In this document: piece by piece, positions 60,871-64,000 of the stretch
Layout of the letters: each line of letters opens with the position of its first letter
Numbering within the stretch: position 1 is the first letter of the stretch
Assembly (NCBI GenBank): GCA_048013815.1
Contig: CM106585.1
Coordinates: 5,022,001-5,086,000 of the forward strand
Length of the DNA: 64,000 nt
Source of the DNA: Setoptus koraiensis
Taxonomy: Eukaryota > Animalia > Arthropoda
Direction: 5' to 3'
Notes under the pieces: generated by a model
What the model was told of the DNA's origin: nothing
The model's database searches: none
The model's input: only the letters and a program-made list of their open reading frames with translations
Program-made: the position numbers and the translations under genes

Positions 60871-61413
60871 ATGTCAACAGTAGCTAGTGAAACGACAACT
60901 ACAACAACGCCGGCAACGACCGCTCCAGATTCTAATGATGCCGCCTCGTTAGATAACAATAACACAAAGGAAACTACCAAAAACAACAACAACACCACCA
61001 CCACCGATAATCACAAAGAAAGCGGCGACAATGTTACCACAACACCCCTAAAAGATGTCAGTGGTCATGAGACCTCCAAAAGGAGTGCGGCCGAATTAAC
61101 GTCCGAGGACTCAAACTCAATATTAGATGGTGACGATTCATCAAAACATTCAGTACAGAGGAATGGTAAAAAGCAAAAAATTGAAAATGGTGATGACTCC
61201 AATGACGTCGAGGGCCATGATGATGTTGATGACGATGTCGATGATGACGAGGAGGATGATGATGACGAAGATTATGATGGACACGATGACGATGGTCAAG
61301 ACGACGGTCCCGATGATGTCTATGACGGCGATGATGGCGATGATGATGGCGATGACGCCGATGATGGAGATGGAGACAATGATGATGATGGGGACGACGA
61401 TGAGGATGCCTAA
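60871..61413 (+). CDS. Small, very acidic, disordered protein, prothymosin-like (180 aa)
   Basis: CAAACATG start; T/N-rich N-terminus; KRSAAE...KKQK; Asp-rich C-terminus with mixed GAT/GAC codons; AT-rich 3' flank. Confidence 0.7.
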   Translation: MSTVASETTTTTTPATTAPDSNDAASLDNNNTKETTKNNNNTTTTDNHKESGDNVTTTPLKDVSGHETSKRSAAELTSEDSNSILDGDDSSKHSVQRNGKKQKIENGDDSNDVEGHDDVDDDVDDDEEDDDDEDYDGHDDDGQDDGPDDVYDGDDGDDDGDDADDGDGDNDDDGDDDEDA

Positions 61414-61768
61414 AACATGACAATACCAACAAGAACAACAACCAATTAATTGCATGATCTTATATGAATGAATTATTAGAAATAGTAACAGAAAATTTCT
61501 AAAAAGATCTAAAAACAACAATGTTTGCGCATCCCTTACTTCAACAAAGACCTCAACATACATTAACACATAACCATTATCATCCATACAATTTTCAACA
61601 TCAACTCTTTATAGAAACTTATCCTGGCTTCCCCTGATGGAAAATATAATAACAATTATAATATAATGTAATAATAATTATAATATAATATAATGTAATA
61701 ATAACATAATATACACAGATACACACAATCAAACGGAAAATGGAATGTAATTTGTGTATAACATGCGT

Positions 61769-62986
61769 TTACCAGTCTATCTCATTTAACTTAGCCAACC
61801 AAGCTCTAGTCTGTTTGCAGTTAGGCTTGTCACAACCGGGGCAGCGCCGTCTCATCTGCTTGGGTACCGCCTGTTTGCTCTCCAGGTGTTCCTTCACAAT
61901 ATTAGCTAATCCTTCCAAGAACTTGGGATGATCGTTCGGTGTTGCAATTCTTATGAATGTTTCGAACGGAACCTCCTTCCTCAAATCATGTGCGTACTCT
62001 ATGTCGAGCTCGTGCAACGTCTCTATGTGTTCATTCACGAATGCAACCGGAACGCACATGAAATGTTTGTGGCCGCTTTGGACATAGCCCCTCAGAGCGA
62101 GCTCTATCTGTGGCCCCTGCCAAGCTACAGGTCCTACTTTTGATTGCCACACAAGGCTATAAGGGTATTTCCGTTTCAGTTTGTGCATTATCGCTTGTAC
62201 AGTTGCACCAACTTCACCGGTATAATCGTCACCCCTTTCTACCATCCAAATAGGTATAGAATGGGCGCTGAATAGGATGATAATTTGATCCCTGATATCG
62301 TCTGTCAGATTTGCCATTTCTTTTTCGATTCTCTCGGCAAAAACATCAACTATAGCGTCAGCTACGGGCCATCTATCAATAAGAGACCATCTCTGAGTGG
62401 GTACGTCATTTCGAGGAATGTCTTTCTCTATACAATATCGAGCTATCTCATTTAAGCTGCTGCCTGTGGTGCTGCAACTGTATTGGGGATATTTAGATAA
62501 AAGAACAACATTTTCTACTTTATCTTGTTCCAAGCTTGCTACGGCACACTCAATATCTGGACGCGAGTAACGAAAACAGGTGTAGGCTTTGTGTGGACCA
62601 GTCGATGGACTTATTTTGTCTAAATGTTCTACCAGACCTTTACCTTGCTTTTCAGTCCATTCTTTCAGGGGGTCTCCTCCAATTTCATCGAACTTGGCCT
62701 TCAACTTGGGTGCTCTAAACTTGGAGATCAATGGACCAAGCATTGACTGCATAGGCATCTTTATTATGTCTCTATCATTAAAAAGGGCAGACAAAAACTT
62801 TCGGACATCATCAACGTGTTCAGACTCTGGCCCACCCATGTTTAGCATGAGTACTGCAGTTTTTATTTTCGGAGAGTTGCCATTGTCATTGGTTGTAGAG
62901 GCCATGGATAATTGTTGGATCTTGATCTTGAAAAATTTCCGTTGAACACCCTTCTCGAATATAGTGCGAGTGAACCTAAGAATCAT
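61769..62986 (-). CDS. FECH: Ferrochelatase, mitochondrial, animal type, intronless (405 aa)
   Basis: LMLNMGGP, QYSCSTTGSS, FSAHSIP, WQSKVGP, NEHIETLHELD and C-terminal 2Fe-2S motif CPGCDKPNC; basic N-terminal transit-like peptide. ATG at 62986 (the track start 63004 is GTG). Confidence 0.97.
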   Translation of the reverse strand: MILRFTRTIFEKGVQRKFFKIKIQQLSMASTTNDNGNSPKIKTAVLMLNMGGPESEHVDDVRKFLSALFNDRDIIKMPMQSMLGPLISKFRAPKLKAKFDEIGGDPLKEWTEKQGKGLVEHLDKISPSTGPHKAYTCFRYSRPDIECAVASLEQDKVENVVLLSKYPQYSCSTTGSSLNEIARYCIEKDIPRNDVPTQRWSLIDRWPVADAIVDVFAERIEKEMANLTDDIRDQIIILFSAHSIPIWMVERGDDYTGEVGATVQAIMHKLKRKYPYSLVWQSKVGPVAWQGPQIELALRGYVQSGHKHFMCVPVAFVNEHIETLHELDIEYAHDLRKEVPFETFIRIATPNDHPKFLEGLANIVKEHLESKQAVPKQMRRRCPGCDKPNCKQTRAWLAKLNEIDW

Positions 62987-63744
62987 AGTTGTATTATAAG
63001 GCACTTCAAATAAAGATACCTACCTACGGGGGGTGTTGAATATACCAATTCATCCAATTGATAATCTAGCTTGATAATCGCATTGCCTTAAGTGACCATT
63101 GCATTAAGCAGTTACAGGATGTCCCTTAGCACTTCCATGTAGCACTTGTGGCAAACTAGTTGAACGGCCAAACGAAGAACGGCCAAAAATGTCTCTATGA
63201 GCATGAGCAGCTGTTGATTTCGCGGCGAATTCGATCCACATGTGATCATCTATTGTTGTTATTTGTTAAATGTGATCAAGATATTTATAAGATTTATAGA
63301 TTTTAAGATATATAATTCCCTCGTTATTTGTTTATTGTGGGTCGTATAGCAATGAACTTATGACAACTACACCCATAGACGTATACATCTATATATGTAC
63401 AGATGTATACCTATAGAGATATTTATTGTGGACATATTGAGTCATCATGAAAGCACAAAACGATTCTATTGACGGGAGCTGAGATTTTTATTATCATGGA
63501 ATCACTGTTATTTTACACAATTCAATCAAAAGAAAAAAAGAAGCGAAATCCATTGGTAACATCATACAGACTAGATTATTAATTGATTCTATGGGTACAA
63601 ACTAGAGCATGCTATAGAATAGTCTCCCTCTACTGGAAGAATTTTCACTGCATCAAAAATTAGACGTCCTCTAATTCATTGATGTTGTGATTATTACAAC
63701 AAGTAGTTTTTGGATTTGGCGACAAAACAATCAGCTAAGCAAAC

Positions 63745-64000
63745 ATGTCTATGTTCAAAAAGATGAAAGAACGAATAACGGACGAGGTCAATTCTGCGAC
63801 CAACAAACTCCAAAGCATGCAACTCATTGACAACCTCGCGTTAAGCCTTGGCCAAACAGGCAGAACTGACCATCTAGTTAGTTTGCCACACATTAATACT
63901 CACCAGCAGCCCTCATCTTCTACTAACTCCACCACCGCCACTACCGCCATCAATAACAAAACCCATCAACCTTTTAGCCTATTAGACGACAATCCGATGG
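63745..64000 (+). CDS. GRIP-domain golgin (golgin-245/golgin-97-like), N-terminus, runs off the window
   Basis: MSMFKKMKERITDEV resembles the N-terminal motif of GOLGA4 (MFKKLKQKISEE) and GOLGA1; the frame is open to the window end. Not in the ORF track. Confidence 0.6.
   Translation, partial: MSMFKKMKERITDEVNSATNKLQSMQLIDNLALSLGQTGRTDHLVSLPHINTHQQPSSSTNSTTATTAINNKTHQPFSLLDDNPM

Noticed and set aside
63628-63650. Partial similarity to miR-263 (ACTGGAAGAATT)
   Set aside because: The seed region is missing and no hairpin partner was seen.
1-64000. tRNA, rRNA and snRNA genes
   Set aside because: No cloverleaf with A/B boxes or recognisable rRNA/snRNA sequence was seen by eye; tRNAscan/Infernal would be needed to exclude them.

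Overview
Eukaryotic (arthropod; probably a mite, inferred from the receptor type and intron-poor compact genes) genomic window with one 501-N scaffold gap. GC-richer flanks (about 1-24.8 kb and 46.1-60.6 kb) are full of short tandem micro-duplications and carry sparse regulatory/sensory genes: an FGF8/17/18-like first exon, a 4-exon gustatory-receptor-like gene and a homeobrain-like paired-class homeobox gene. An AT-richer block (about 24.8-46.1 kb) holds dyskerin, a 4-exon SDR16C-like dehydrogenase, an inverted duplication of a BTB-less BACK-Kelch gene, a Spaetzle-like gene cut by the gap, a ferrochelatase pseudogene and a complete Ty1/copia LTR retrotransposon. The right end has a prothymosin-like acidic ORF, intact ferrochelatase and the start of a GRIP-golgin. 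The standout is the copia element (36152-42915). It has identical 175-bp LTRs and one 2104-aa ORF in which Gag-PR-IN-RT-RNaseH runs with no stop or frameshift into a class-I-fusion-like envelope protein (signal peptide, RVKR furin site, fusion peptide, heptad repeat, TM), then a second signal peptide and a Cys-rich domain. Its primer-binding site matches the anticodon arm of tRNA-Asn. All homology calls are from motif recognition by eye; no searches were run.
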